The position numbers and the translations under genes are program-made. The notes under the pieces are model-generated. The model was not told where the DNA came from. It made no database searches and worked only from the letters and a program-made list of their open reading frames with translations. 64,000 bases of DNA from a virus, in IMG/VR virus record IMGVR_UViG_3300042559_000447, positions 7,662 through 71,661 of that record; one strand, given 5' to 3'. Position 1 is the first letter of the stretch. Every line of letters begins with the position of its first letter. This document shows, piece after piece, positions 18,868 through 27,887 of the stretch.

Positions 18868-19006
18868 AAAAAGAATTAGAAGGTAAACGTGAAATGAAGA
18901 ATTGGAGAATAGGAAGCTGATATTAGTATCAGAAGTTCGCTGGGCTACCCATCCAGACTGCTAAGCAGATAAATCCTCTCACCTATAAGGAATCTAATTC
19001 TTTTTT
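18868..19006 (+). ncRNA. Candidate structured RNA with long closing stem
   Basis: AAAAAGAATTAGA pairs with TCTAATTCTTTTT; internal CTGATA/TATCAG, CTGG/CCAG, CTGC/GCAG hairpins. Confidence 0.5.
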
Positions 19007-19011
19007 TAAAT

Positions 19012-19186
19012 AGTCAGGTGGCGGAATTGGTATACGCAGTGGTGTGTTAAATGTGGGAATAGACATAATCCCTAACCTGATTAACCAACCGATACAACAT
19101 AAGAAATTAGGTTGTTCATTTGCAGGAAGGTTATTCAGGCTAACTGCTTGTCTTTTATGTAGGTTTGAATCCTACCCTGACTGCCA
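19012..19186 (+). ncRNA. tRNA-like RNA 2 with ~120-nt structured central domain and encoded CCA
   Basis: AGTCAGG/CCTGACT-G-CCA; GCGGAATTGGTATACGC; GTAGG-TTTGAAT-CCTAC. Confidence 0.7.
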
Positions 19187-19237
19187 AGTTAACCCACTAA
19201 GACAAGAAACGGGTGACTGCTGGAAAGACAGCAAATT

Positions 19238-19341
19238 CTATAGGTAGTTTAACATGGTAAAACACTATGACACTTGTATCGCCTGGTGAGTACTAACCCG
19301 AATACAAGAAGAGTATGCTGGTTCAATCCCAGCCCTATGGA
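19238..19341 (+). ncRNA. tRNA-like RNA 3 with ~50-nt central domain
   Basis: CTATAGG/CCTATGG; GTTT...AAAC D arm with GG; GCTGG-TTCAATC-CCAGC. Confidence 0.7.
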
Positions 19342-19415
19342 CAAAAAATCGTAGTACCGTGAGGGAACAATATGGTAGAAATAACCATAGCAGGTTAAGC
19401 GATATCCTGCAACAT

Positions 19416-19485
19416 AGCCAGGTGGTGTAATGATAAACACAACCAGTTTTTGGGAGGGTAGCAGGTTTAATTCCTGCCCTGGCTA
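19416..19485 (+). ncRNA. tRNA-like RNA 4 with truncated anticodon arm
   Basis: AGCCAGG/CCTGGCT; GTGT...ACAC; GCAGG-TTTAATT-CCTGC. Confidence 0.65.
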
Positions 19486-19601
19486 CGAGTGGTGAGAACA
19501 TCAGTTGCAGCCATAATAGATAAGAGGAAAAGCTTTTAGGAAGCAAGTCCAAATTGATGCGCAAAATGCGAGGTGTGACGAACGGGGAGAGACCCGTACA
19601 T

Positions 19602-19764
19602 AGTCAGATAGCACAGGAGTGCACACAATAGACCGCAAGTCTTTTATTACTGAAGGGAGGTAAGCGGACCTTCAGTAGGAGTGGCCAAACGCTGGTGGTA
19701 CCTTTGCAAGGGTAGATTAGAGAAAACCACAAATGGTGTGGGGGTTCAAGTCCCCCTCTGACTT
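19602..19764 (+). ncRNA. tRNA-like RNA 5 with ~115-nt multi-hairpin central domain
   Basis: AGTCAGA/TCTGACT; GCAC-AGGA-GTGC; GGGGG-TTCAAGT-CCCCC. Confidence 0.7.
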
Positions 19765-20033
19765 CAAAGAGAAGTAGTGAAGCTGTAGTAGTATTTAGTA
19801 GGCCCCAGCATGAAAAAGGGTTTAGAGTAATGTGCCAACCGTTAACTAATACTATCAGTAACCCTGAAAGACCCGAAGCTTCTTTTAAATAGGTGATCTG
19901 ATACTGACATTAAGTTGGGTGTGAAAGCAGATTAATGACTACATCGTAACAGCCTATTTTATTTATAACCCCGCCAAAACTCATAAAATTTGTTTGTTTT
20001 GGCGTAAAATAATGAACAATAAATACAGAAATT

Positions 20034-20465
20034 ATGGCATCAATAAGATTAACAGAAGAACAATTAAGAATTATTCAAGAAGCACTTGACTTTTACTCAC
20101 GAGTGGGTATAGGTCAATTTAATGTAATTAAGGAACATCCTACATTTGAAAATCAGTTAAAAAAAGAATTTAGAGATGAAGAAGGAAAAGTAGACTACAA
20201 TAGATATCATGAAGTAAGAGACAATGTAGATTTAATGTTAGTACAACCAAGAAACATGCTACTTAATGACCTTACTTTACCTAAAAATGCAAGTTGGGGT
20301 ATATATAACCCAGATGTAGATGAATCATGTAGAGTTGCTTATGACTTAATACAAGTAATTAGACATGAATTTTGGTTAGCAAACCCAGATAGATCAGAAC
20401 ATGTTGTAATGGCATCTGTACATTTAACAACTGAAGATTCATATAAAATAAAAGTAAAATTATGA
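20034..20465 (+). CDS. Hypothetical protein
   Basis: 143-aa ORF. Confidence 0.65.
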   Translation: MASIRLTEEQLRIIQEALDFYSRVGIGQFNVIKEHPTFENQLKKEFRDEEGKVDYNRYHEVRDNVDLMLVQPRNMLLNDLTLPKNASWGIYNPDVDESCRVAYDLIQVIRHEFWLANPDRSEHVVMASVHLTTEDSYKIKVKL

Positions 20466-20752
20466 TATACCCACACGGATTTACGCAACAAGGATGGGAG
20501 TGTCCTAAATGCGGCAGAGTTTATTCACCAACCACAATAATGTGTTTAGGTTGTCCACAAGAGGTAAAAACCAATATCACTACTAATACTCCTTGGAAGA
20601 CAGTTACAGTACCAAATAATACTAGTAGAACTACTACTCACACTACTGCCACTTGTTCTGGTTTTGTAAATGATACAGTAAACACAAGTAGCACTAAATG
20701 TATGAAATGTGGTTTGGAAAAATGGCAACATCCTATCATTACTAATTTATGA
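20462..20752 (+). CDS. Zn-ribbon protein
   Basis: QGWECPKCGRVYSP...C..C; C..C.....H. Confidence 0.65.
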   Translation: MIYPHGFTQQGWECPKCGRVYSPTTIMCLGCPQEVKTNITTNTPWKTVTVPNNTSRTTTHTTATCSGFVNDTVNTSSTKCMKCGLEKWQHPIITNL

Positions 20753-20982
20753 ATAAAGACATACAAGTAATAAATACAGCTTTTGGACATACAACTATAG
20801 GACCTTCACAACTAGTTTTTTATACTATAACACCATACCTTAGATATGCTAAAAAATTAATAATTGAAGGTGAAAACTCTAGAGAAGAATTAAGATTAGA
20901 GCAAAAATGGATAGGTAGAGATGGAAGTGAAGAATGGAGGTGGGTTGAAGAAGTTAAAATTAATGAAGGAGGTAACAAATGA
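20749..20982 (+). CDS. Hypothetical protein ending GGNK
   Basis: LEQKW...EEWRWV. Confidence 0.6.
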   Translation: MNKDIQVINTAFGHTTIGPSQLVFYTITPYLRYAKKLIIEGENSREELRLEQKWIGRDGSEEWRWVEEVKINEGGNK

Positions 20983-21554
20983 AACTATTACAATTAATAA
21001 ACAGTCCCTTTAAAAGACCAAAATTAAAATGGTATTTTGGTAAGATTGTTATTGGTACACCATACTTTCTTCCTAGAAGATTTGTAAACCCTACACATGA
21101 GATGGTAATGGAAGCAGCTATGGCTGAAATTGCAGACGCTGAAGATTGGAATAATGAAAATCCAAACTCTACTTTTAAGCGCACGGTAAGACCATTAGAT
21201 GAAGTCTATGAAGAAAAGTTAAGACATCAATTTGCAATACCCAAGAAAATAGGATTTGACTTTGTTGGGCTGGGATGGAAAACAAAATGGGATGATACTG
21301 ACTACAGATTTGAGTGGGCACCATTAGCATCTTTTGTATTCTTTAAGTGGCAATTTGCTGTTATTGTAAGTGCACCAGAACCATCTAGATTCTGGGAAAC
21401 ATGGTTATACTATTGTAGAAACACTAAAGGAACTAAGCGTGAAAGGATTGAGCAATGTAAAAAAGAATTTCCATTAGACTATACAGTTACAAAAGATGGT
21501 GTAACAACAAAAGTAAACTACTATGATTTAATTTTAAAAGATAAATACAAATGA
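20979..21554 (+). CDS. Hypothetical protein
   Basis: 191-aa ORF. Confidence 0.65.
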   Translation: MKLLQLINSPFKRPKLKWYFGKIVIGTPYFLPRRFVNPTHEMVMEAAMAEIADAEDWNNENPNSTFKRTVRPLDEVYEEKLRHQFAIPKKIGFDFVGLGWKTKWDDTDYRFEWAPLASFVFFKWQFAVIVSAPEPSRFWETWLYYCRNTKGTKRERIEQCKKEFPLDYTVTKDGVTTKVNYYDLILKDKYK

Positions 21555-21558
21555 AATT

Positions 21559-22061
21559 ATGACAAATGATAATAAAAATTTTCAAGTTTATTCTTTACAA
21601 ACAGTAGACGAAGGTAAAGAAAATAAGTATGTGCATTGGGCTGATGGCTTAACCATGTACATTATTAAAGATAATGTAACAATGAAGTTGAATGAAAATG
21701 AAATTCAGCAATTAATTAAAGCATTACCTAAAACAATAGGAGGAACATATTAATGACAAACGATAAACAACAACGAGAAATGACATCTTTTAGAGAATTC
21801 AAAAAGCAGCATAAACTGAAATACTATCTTGGAGAAGATAGTGTTGGAAACAAGCTATATGCCGGAGATGAAGTAGAGCTTTCTGTGCCGTTTGAAACAA
21901 GAACTCCTTGGAAAAGTAGAATCTATTGGAACCCTATTGATGGTGCATTTGTAGATGCTCATCCTGCTCATAAACAAATGGGTATAGGTGATGATAGAGG
22001 ACTAAGAGGAATTCTTGTAAACGGAAAAGTAGTTAAGGTAAAAGAATTTTATAAGCTTTAA
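21559..22061 (+). CDS. Two hypothetical ORFs (21559-21753; 21753-22061, possibly YopX-like)
   Basis: Both start MTND; second has EDSVGNKLYAGD. Confidence 0.55.
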
Positions 22062-22101
22062 CACCAACAAAAATGAAAAACGAAACATACGGAGGTGACA
22101 A

Positions 22102-22428
22102 ATGAGCGGAGGACACTTTAACTACGACCAGTACAAAATCGGTTACATAGCCGATAGCATAGAGCAGGAGATAGAACGCAACGGAAGAGAGAAGACTCGT
22201 GAGGAAATGAAAGCCGAAGGGTGGAAAGATCCTAATTGGTATGAAAGATACCCAGAAGATAAGTTCTACTATGAATATCCTCCAGAGGTAATAGAACAAT
22301 TCAAGATAGCAGTACAGAAACTTCGTGAGGCCCAAGTATATGCACACAGGGTAGACTGGCTATTATCATCGGACGATGGAGAGGAATCATTCTTGAGCAG
22401 ACTAAAAGAAGACTTAAAGAAATTATGA
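22102..22428 (+). CDS. Conserved phage hypothetical protein
   Basis: MSGGHFNY...RVDWLLSSDDGEESF. Confidence 0.7.
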   Translation: MSGGHFNYDQYKIGYIADSIEQEIERNGREKTREEMKAEGWKDPNWYERYPEDKFYYEYPPEVIEQFKIAVQKLREAQVYAHRVDWLLSSDDGEESFLSRLKEDLKKL

Positions 22429-22667
22429 GCAGCCCACAAGAAAAAGCGAAAGAGTTAGTATCGGCATACGCAAGGATTGACGGCTACATTGATAGCATTG
22501 ATTTGAGCAAGTGCGAGTTTGAAAAGAAATGTGCATTGATTGCCGTTGATGAGATATTGGAATTAACAAAAAGACCAACATACAACCCATTTGATTGGAA
22601 TGAGGTAACGGGAGTGCGTTATGATAAATATTGGCTTGAAGTTAAACAAGAAATAGAAAAACTATGA
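22425..22667 (+). CDS. Hypothetical protein, paralog of 14651-14887
   Basis: Shared motifs and near-identical 3' nucleotide end. Confidence 0.7.
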   Translation: MSSPQEKAKELVSAYARIDGYIDSIDLSKCEFEKKCALIAVDEILELTKRPTYNPFDWNEVTGVRYDKYWLEVKQEIEKL

Positions 22668-23617
22668 GCAAAATACCACAAAATAAAATACCTATAGCGG
22701 ATTTCAAGGTAAACTGGAAGCTTGTTAGGGAAAGCGATGGACTAACTAAAGCATCGGAAGACATTGGATGGATAGAGTTTGACGATACAGGGAGGGCAAA
22801 GAAAATACACAAGTACCCTGCTGTTGGATATTCACTTATCATGTCTCCATTTAACTGGTTCTTCACCTGGCAGACAACTGTTTTAACGGAAATCCTATAT
22901 ATGGCAGAGGATGGATCAATGAGATTCAAAACAGAAAACTCAGTTTACACACTAACTAAAATAGAAGATGAAAGCAATACTTGAATTTGATTTTGACAAA
23001 GAGGACAGCGATGACCGTTCTCAGTTTCAGGATGCCGTAAACGGTAGTAAAATGAAAGCAATGATGTGGGAGTTCGACCAGTGGCTTAGGTCTAAGACTA
23101 AGTATGCAAGCGATGCAACCCCAGAAGACTATACACAAGCACTGTATGATGCAAGAGATAAGTTCTATGAATTTTTAGGAAAGTACTCAATAGACATAAA
23201 CGAATGATATTTATAAATAGATACGGAGACAGATTCAGATTTGAATTAGACTCTGACGGAAACATCTTATGGAAAGGTGATTTTAAACATTGCAGATTTG
23301 GCTGGCCAAATGATTACACAGAAGCATATAACAAGTATGTAACTGAAGATTGCGATAGTAGTTCTATGATGACAATGGGAGAATTTAAAACTGCGGTACA
23401 CGAATACAAGGACGGAGAGTTTACAGACCTTGCTAAAAAGTATATGGGTTACGTTAAATCTAATATGTCTGTAATAGATATGTTAGATCCCAGCGGAGGA
23501 CCTTACCTTGCAGCAGGAAGAGATATGGGTTACATCGATGACTCATTTGAAGGAATGAAAGTAAAAGAATTTCAACTTGTCGATGACAACACTTGGAAAA
23601 TAATTATTGAAAAATGA
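22664..23617 (+). CDS. Three hypothetical ORFs (22664-22984, 22968-23207, 23204-23617)
   Basis: Coupled plus-strand ORFs. Confidence 0.6.
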
Positions 23618-25299
23618 GCCATTACAAAGAACTACAACAATTAGGAATAGATACAAAAAATCAGTTCTCCGGTACAATTAAGACGAAATGTCCAAAGTGT
23701 TCTGGAGAACGTAAGAAACAAAGCGACCCAGCTTTGTCAGTAAACATAGACACTGGTTTATACAAGTGTCACCATTGCGGATGGAAGGGTTCTGTTACAA
23801 GTAAACAGTATGCTCTTCCAGAAGCTAGAAAGGAGGGCCCTGATGGTAAAATAGGCAAATACTTTGAGGCTCGGAAGATTAATATGGACACAGTAGTCCA
23901 CTTCCGAGTTACTCAGGGTAACGAACTGATGCCGCAAGACGGACAGTATTACAAAGTTATTTGCTTTAACTATTACCAAGATGACCTATTGGTCAATATA
24001 AAGTTTAAGACTGCCGATAAGAAATTTAAAATGGTATCGGGAGCAAGAAAGATTCCTTATAATCTTAATTCGATTAAGGGGTCTGACTATGTTATTATTT
24101 GTGAGGGAGAAGAGGAATGTATGGTATGGCATCAGTGCGGTTATCCACACGTTGTGTCTTGTCCAAACGGAGCGAGCCCTAATGCGAACAATCTTGAGTG
24201 GCTAGATGCTACCTATGATTACTTTAAAGATAAGAAAGTTATACTAGCCACAGACAACGATGTTCCTGGTAAGAAATTAAGAGAAGACTTGTCTAGACGA
24301 TTTGAATCTACAGATGTTTACATAGTAGAGTTTCCAGAAGACTGTAAGGATAGCAATGATGTTCTGAAAAACCACGGAGAATCTGCGGTACAGGAGATGT
24401 TCAATAATGCTAAGCCTATACCAATCAAGGAGTTAGCCGAAGCAATAGACTTTAGAGAAAGCATCTTTCAGTACTGGCAAGAAGGTTATCCCAAGGGACA
24501 AGAGGTCGGGATGTCTGATACAGATAAGCTGATGAGTTGGAGCAGAGGAGAACTTGTAACCGTAACAGGTGTACCGGGGTCATCAAAGAGTACGTACTTG
24601 GATTACGTATTTATACGTATGGCTCTGATGTGTGACTGGAAGGTTGGTATCTTTTCTCCTGAGAATGAGCCTAGCCTAAAGATAATGAGAATGGTTGAGC
24701 AGTTCTTGGGCGTACCGATATCTAGAGTAAACGAAGACCAAGTAGAGTTTGCCGTTAACTTTATTCAGAATCATTTCTATTTCTTTAACGTACAAGAAAT
24801 GGATTCGTTTAAGGTTGGTCACATCCTTGACTTGGGTAAGACAATGATTAAGAGATATGGTATAGATTGTCTTTGTCTCGACCCGTTTAACTATTTGGAG
24901 CTGGAGGGAAGCAAAGACACGCAGCACGAGAACATAGGAGAACTGCTAAGATCTCTCAAGAAGTTTGCAGTCAGACACAATGTAAACGTAACGCTTGTGG
25001 CTCACCCAAGAAAGATGGAGAAGAACGCAGGAGAATATAAAGTTCCTACCCTATACGACATAGCACAGTCTTCTCACTTCTTCAACGCCACAGATGTAGG
25101 TATGGTTATCCACAGAAAGTTTAACGCAGACCCGGGGGAGCCTCAGAACCAAATGTACATACAGAAAATGAAGTACCACTTCAGAGGTAAACTAGGAATG
25201 GTAGAATACTTCTTTGACCCAGAAACAGGAAGATACTCAGAGACAGGGATGTACGATAACTTAACAGATGTTCTATTTAAACAAAACTCATTGTTCTAA
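23614..25299 (+). CDS. Bifunctional primase-helicase (T7 gp4/Twinkle-like)
   Basis: Zn finger CPKC...CHHC, TOPRIM (EGE, DND, KDSND), SF4 helicase GVPGSSKST, LVAHP. Confidence 0.92.
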   Translation: MSHYKELQQLGIDTKNQFSGTIKTKCPKCSGERKKQSDPALSVNIDTGLYKCHHCGWKGSVTSKQYALPEARKEGPDGKIGKYFEARKINMDTVVHFRVTQGNELMPQDGQYYKVICFNYYQDDLLVNIKFKTADKKFKMVSGARKIPYNLNSIKGSDYVIICEGEEECMVWHQCGYPHVVSCPNGASPNANNLEWLDATYDYFKDKKVILATDNDVPGKKLREDLSRRFESTDVYIVEFPEDCKDSNDVLKNHGESAVQEMFNNAKPIPIKELAEAIDFRESIFQYWQEGYPKGQEVGMSDTDKLMSWSRGELVTVTGVPGSSKSTYLDYVFIRMALMCDWKVGIFSPENEPSLKIMRMVEQFLGVPISRVNEDQVEFAVNFIQNHFYFFNVQEMDSFKVGHILDLGKTMIKRYGIDCLCLDPFNYLELEGSKDTQHENIGELLRSLKKFAVRHNVNVTLVAHPRKMEKNAGEYKVPTLYDIAQSSHFFNATDVGMVIHRKFNADPGEPQNQMYIQKMKYHFRGKLGMVEYFFDPETGRYSETGMYDNLTDVLFKQNSLF

Positions 25300-25610
25300 T
25301 GAACTACTTCGTACTAAAGGCTATAAGACTAGCCAAACATATCATAGAGTATAACCTATCGGTAGAGTATGTATCAATGAACGATTACCTCTTCCACGAA
25401 TTCAAAACACACGTTACTAAAAAGGATGACATTTTTGTGACAGAAGAAGGTAGCTTCTGGTATGTACTTTCAATAAAGGGGATTGAAATCCGTTTCGTTT
25501 GCGAAAACTGGCATCATGACCCAGTAAATAAAATATCAACTAAAAAGATATCTACACCTGCCAACACATATCTTGTTATGGATATGTACATTAAACTATT
25601 AGAAGAATGA
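25299..25610 (+). CDS. Hypothetical protein
   Basis: Coupled between helicase and polymerase. Confidence 0.6.
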   Translation: MNYFVLKAIRLAKHIIEYNLSVEYVSMNDYLFHEFKTHVTKKDDIFVTEEGSFWYVLSIKGIEIRFVCENWHHDPVNKISTKKISTPANTYLVMDMYIKLLEE

Positions 25611-27475
25611 AAAAAGTTATTTATGACATTGAAACGCTGAGTAATTTATTCAGCTATACAGACATTGACCTAGAAGACAATGTAAATGTATTTGTTGTAC
25701 ACGAATCTAGAAACGAACTACCTCAGTTCTTTGAGTACTTACTTGAGGACTTAGAGCAGATAGGGTATAACAACTTAAGGTTTGACTCTGTTGTTCTGGC
25801 TTGGATGTTTGGTAATCGTAAGGTCCTACTTGAATGTTCAGCTTCTGAGGCCACCCGTAAGATTTATAACTTTGTTCAATCGTTTATCAACTCGGACGAA
25901 CCTTTAAACATAAAACCTTTACACAAACAAATTGATTTGTTTTTAATCAATCACTTCAACAATAGGGCAAGGTCTACATCTCTTAAGGCGTTGCAATGCT
26001 CTATGTACTGGCACAATGTACAGGACATGCCATTCTCTCACAATCATCATGTGTTGGACAGCGAGGTTGAAGATGTACTGTCGTATAATATGAACGATGT
26101 ACTTTCAACAAGAGCGTTCTACTATCTTAACGAACAAAACATTTCTATCAGAGAGACGTTCTCAGAACTATACGGAAAAGACTTTACCAATAAATCTAGC
26201 ATTGCCATAGGAGAGGAAATCTTTTTGTACTACATCAAGAAGGCCGGAGGGATGACAAAGAAAGATCTACAAGAAAAAGTAATTCATCACAAGAAAATTA
26301 TTCTTTCGTACTGCATTCTTCCGTACATTAAGTTCAATAGTCCTCAATTCAAAGCCCTCTTACAGGACATTAAGAAAACGGTAATTGATTCTGAGACCAA
26401 ATTTAAACAGAAGATTAAGTATAAAGGCTTTCACTTTGACTTTGGCGTAGGTGGTATTCACGGATGCGTACCGTCTGGGGTATACAGAGCCGAAGAAGAT
26501 GAGGTTATCATTGACTATGATGTGAAGTCTTACTACCCTAACTTGGCTATCCAAAATGGATTTCATCCAATGCACATAGACAAGGAGGTATTTTGTAGTA
26601 CATACAGCCAGATATTTGAGGAGAGGGTTCAGAAACAAAAAGAAGGTAAGGATGCGGAGCAAGCAGGACTAAAGTTGTCACTAAATGGAATCTTTGGAAA
26701 AAGCGGAGAAGATACCAGCGCATTCCACGACAGGTACTTTTTCTACAAGATTACACTTAACGGACAGCTGTCTTTGGCAATGTTAGCTGAGGCATTCTTG
26801 GACTTTGTTCCCGGTCTTCAGTTGTTGCAAATCAACACAGATGGTCTTACTGTAAAGATAAAGAAGTCTGAGTTAGCAAAATGCGACCACATAGTAGAGA
26901 AGTTTATGGAGAAAACCAAACTAATTATGGAGCAAGTGGAGTATAAAGCAATGTATATCAGAGATGTAAACAATTACATAGGTCAATATGCAGACCCCTT
27001 GAAAAAACCAAAATTAAAAGGTATCTTTGCAACCTCTGTCGAGTGGCATCAGAACAACTCTTTCTTAGCAATACCAAAAGCTGTAAATGAGTACTTCCTG
27101 AACGGAACCCCGATAGAGAAAACCCTAAAAGAAAATACTAATATATATGATTTTTGTGGCAGATATAAAGCGACTAAGGGATGGTCAGCCCGTTACCAAA
27201 CGACTAAAGAGGACCAAAATGGCGACTTCAATCTGCACATTGAAAACTTTGGTAAAATTCTTAGGTTTTACCCGACAACAGAAAAGAAAGGAACTGCGGT
27301 AAAAGTGCACAACGACGGTAGAGTAATCAGTTTATTGTCTGGCTGGTCAACACAACCATTCAATGTTTACGAAGAAAAACCATTTGACCAATACAAGGTT
27401 GATTATAGATACTTTATCTCAGAATGTAAAAAGACTATTGGAGAGATAGAATCACAACAACTAACCCTATTTTAA
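25607..27475 (+). CDS. Family B DNA polymerase
   Basis: Exo DIET, GYN..RFD, Y..ND; pol DVKSYYP, KLSLNGIFGK, NTDG. Confidence 0.92.
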   Translation: MKKVIYDIETLSNLFSYTDIDLEDNVNVFVVHESRNELPQFFEYLLEDLEQIGYNNLRFDSVVLAWMFGNRKVLLECSASEATRKIYNFVQSFINSDEPLNIKPLHKQIDLFLINHFNNRARSTSLKALQCSMYWHNVQDMPFSHNHHVLDSEVEDVLSYNMNDVLSTRAFYYLNEQNISIRETFSELYGKDFTNKSSIAIGEEIFLYYIKKAGGMTKKDLQEKVIHHKKIILSYCILPYIKFNSPQFKALLQDIKKTVIDSETKFKQKIKYKGFHFDFGVGGIHGCVPSGVYRAEEDEVIIDYDVKSYYPNLAIQNGFHPMHIDKEVFCSTYSQIFEERVQKQKEGKDAEQAGLKLSLNGIFGKSGEDTSAFHDRYFFYKITLNGQLSLAMLAEAFLDFVPGLQLLQINTDGLTVKIKKSELAKCDHIVEKFMEKTKLIMEQVEYKAMYIRDVNNYIGQYADPLKKPKLKGIFATSVEWHQNNSFLAIPKAVNEYFLNGTPIEKTLKENTNIYDFCGRYKATKGWSARYQTTKEDQNGDFNLHIENFGKILRFYPTTEKKGTAVKVHNDGRVISLLSGWSTQPFNVYEEKPFDQYKVDYRYFISECKKTIGEIESQQLTLF

Positions 27476-27478
27476 TTT

Positions 27479-27886
27479 ATGCATATTAAACAACTAATCA
27501 AGAAGAGCCACGACATGGCTAGGGAGAAGGGCTTCTGGGAAGACCCCAATCGAAATGTCTCTGAAATGTTAATGTTAATCGTAAGTGAACTTGCTGAGGC
27601 TCAAGAAGCGTTAAGAAAGGATCACTATGCTGTACAAACAACAGCTTCAGATCTTCACAGGGACCTAGAGGTAAAACTTTATGATGAAGAATTTGATTAC
27701 AACCCACAACAGTGGAAAGAAGCATTTGAATCAACTATCAAAAACAGCTTTGAAGATGAGTTGGCAGATGTGGCAATCCGCTTGTTTGACTTGTGCGGAG
27801 GATTAAATATCGATCTATTTAAGCACATCGAGTTGAAGATGCACTACAACTCCACGAGAGGACAGAAGCACGGTAAAAAATTCTAA
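27479..27886 (+). CDS. MazG-like nucleotide pyrophosphohydrolase
   Basis: LIVSELAEAQEA...EDELADVAIRLFD...KM.YN. Confidence 0.85.
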   Translation: MHIKQLIKKSHDMAREKGFWEDPNRNVSEMLMLIVSELAEAQEALRKDHYAVQTTASDLHRDLEVKLYDEEFDYNPQQWKEAFESTIKNSFEDELADVAIRLFDLCGGLNIDLFKHIELKMHYNSTRGQKHGKKF

Positions 27887-27887
27887 C

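Noticed and set aside
19044-19564. ORFs 19044-19247 (+), 19249-19440 (-), 19265-19564 (-)
   Set aside because: Overlap the tRNA-like elements; translations look like typical tRNA shadow ORFs
18781-19764. Canonical tRNA gene calls (e.g. Leu, Lys)
   Set aside because: No element has a 5-bp stem with 7-nt anticodon loop, so no anticodon could be assigned
19887-19960. Hammerhead ribozyme
   Set aside because: Has CTGA and GAAA but lacks the CTGATGA core with correct stem arrangement
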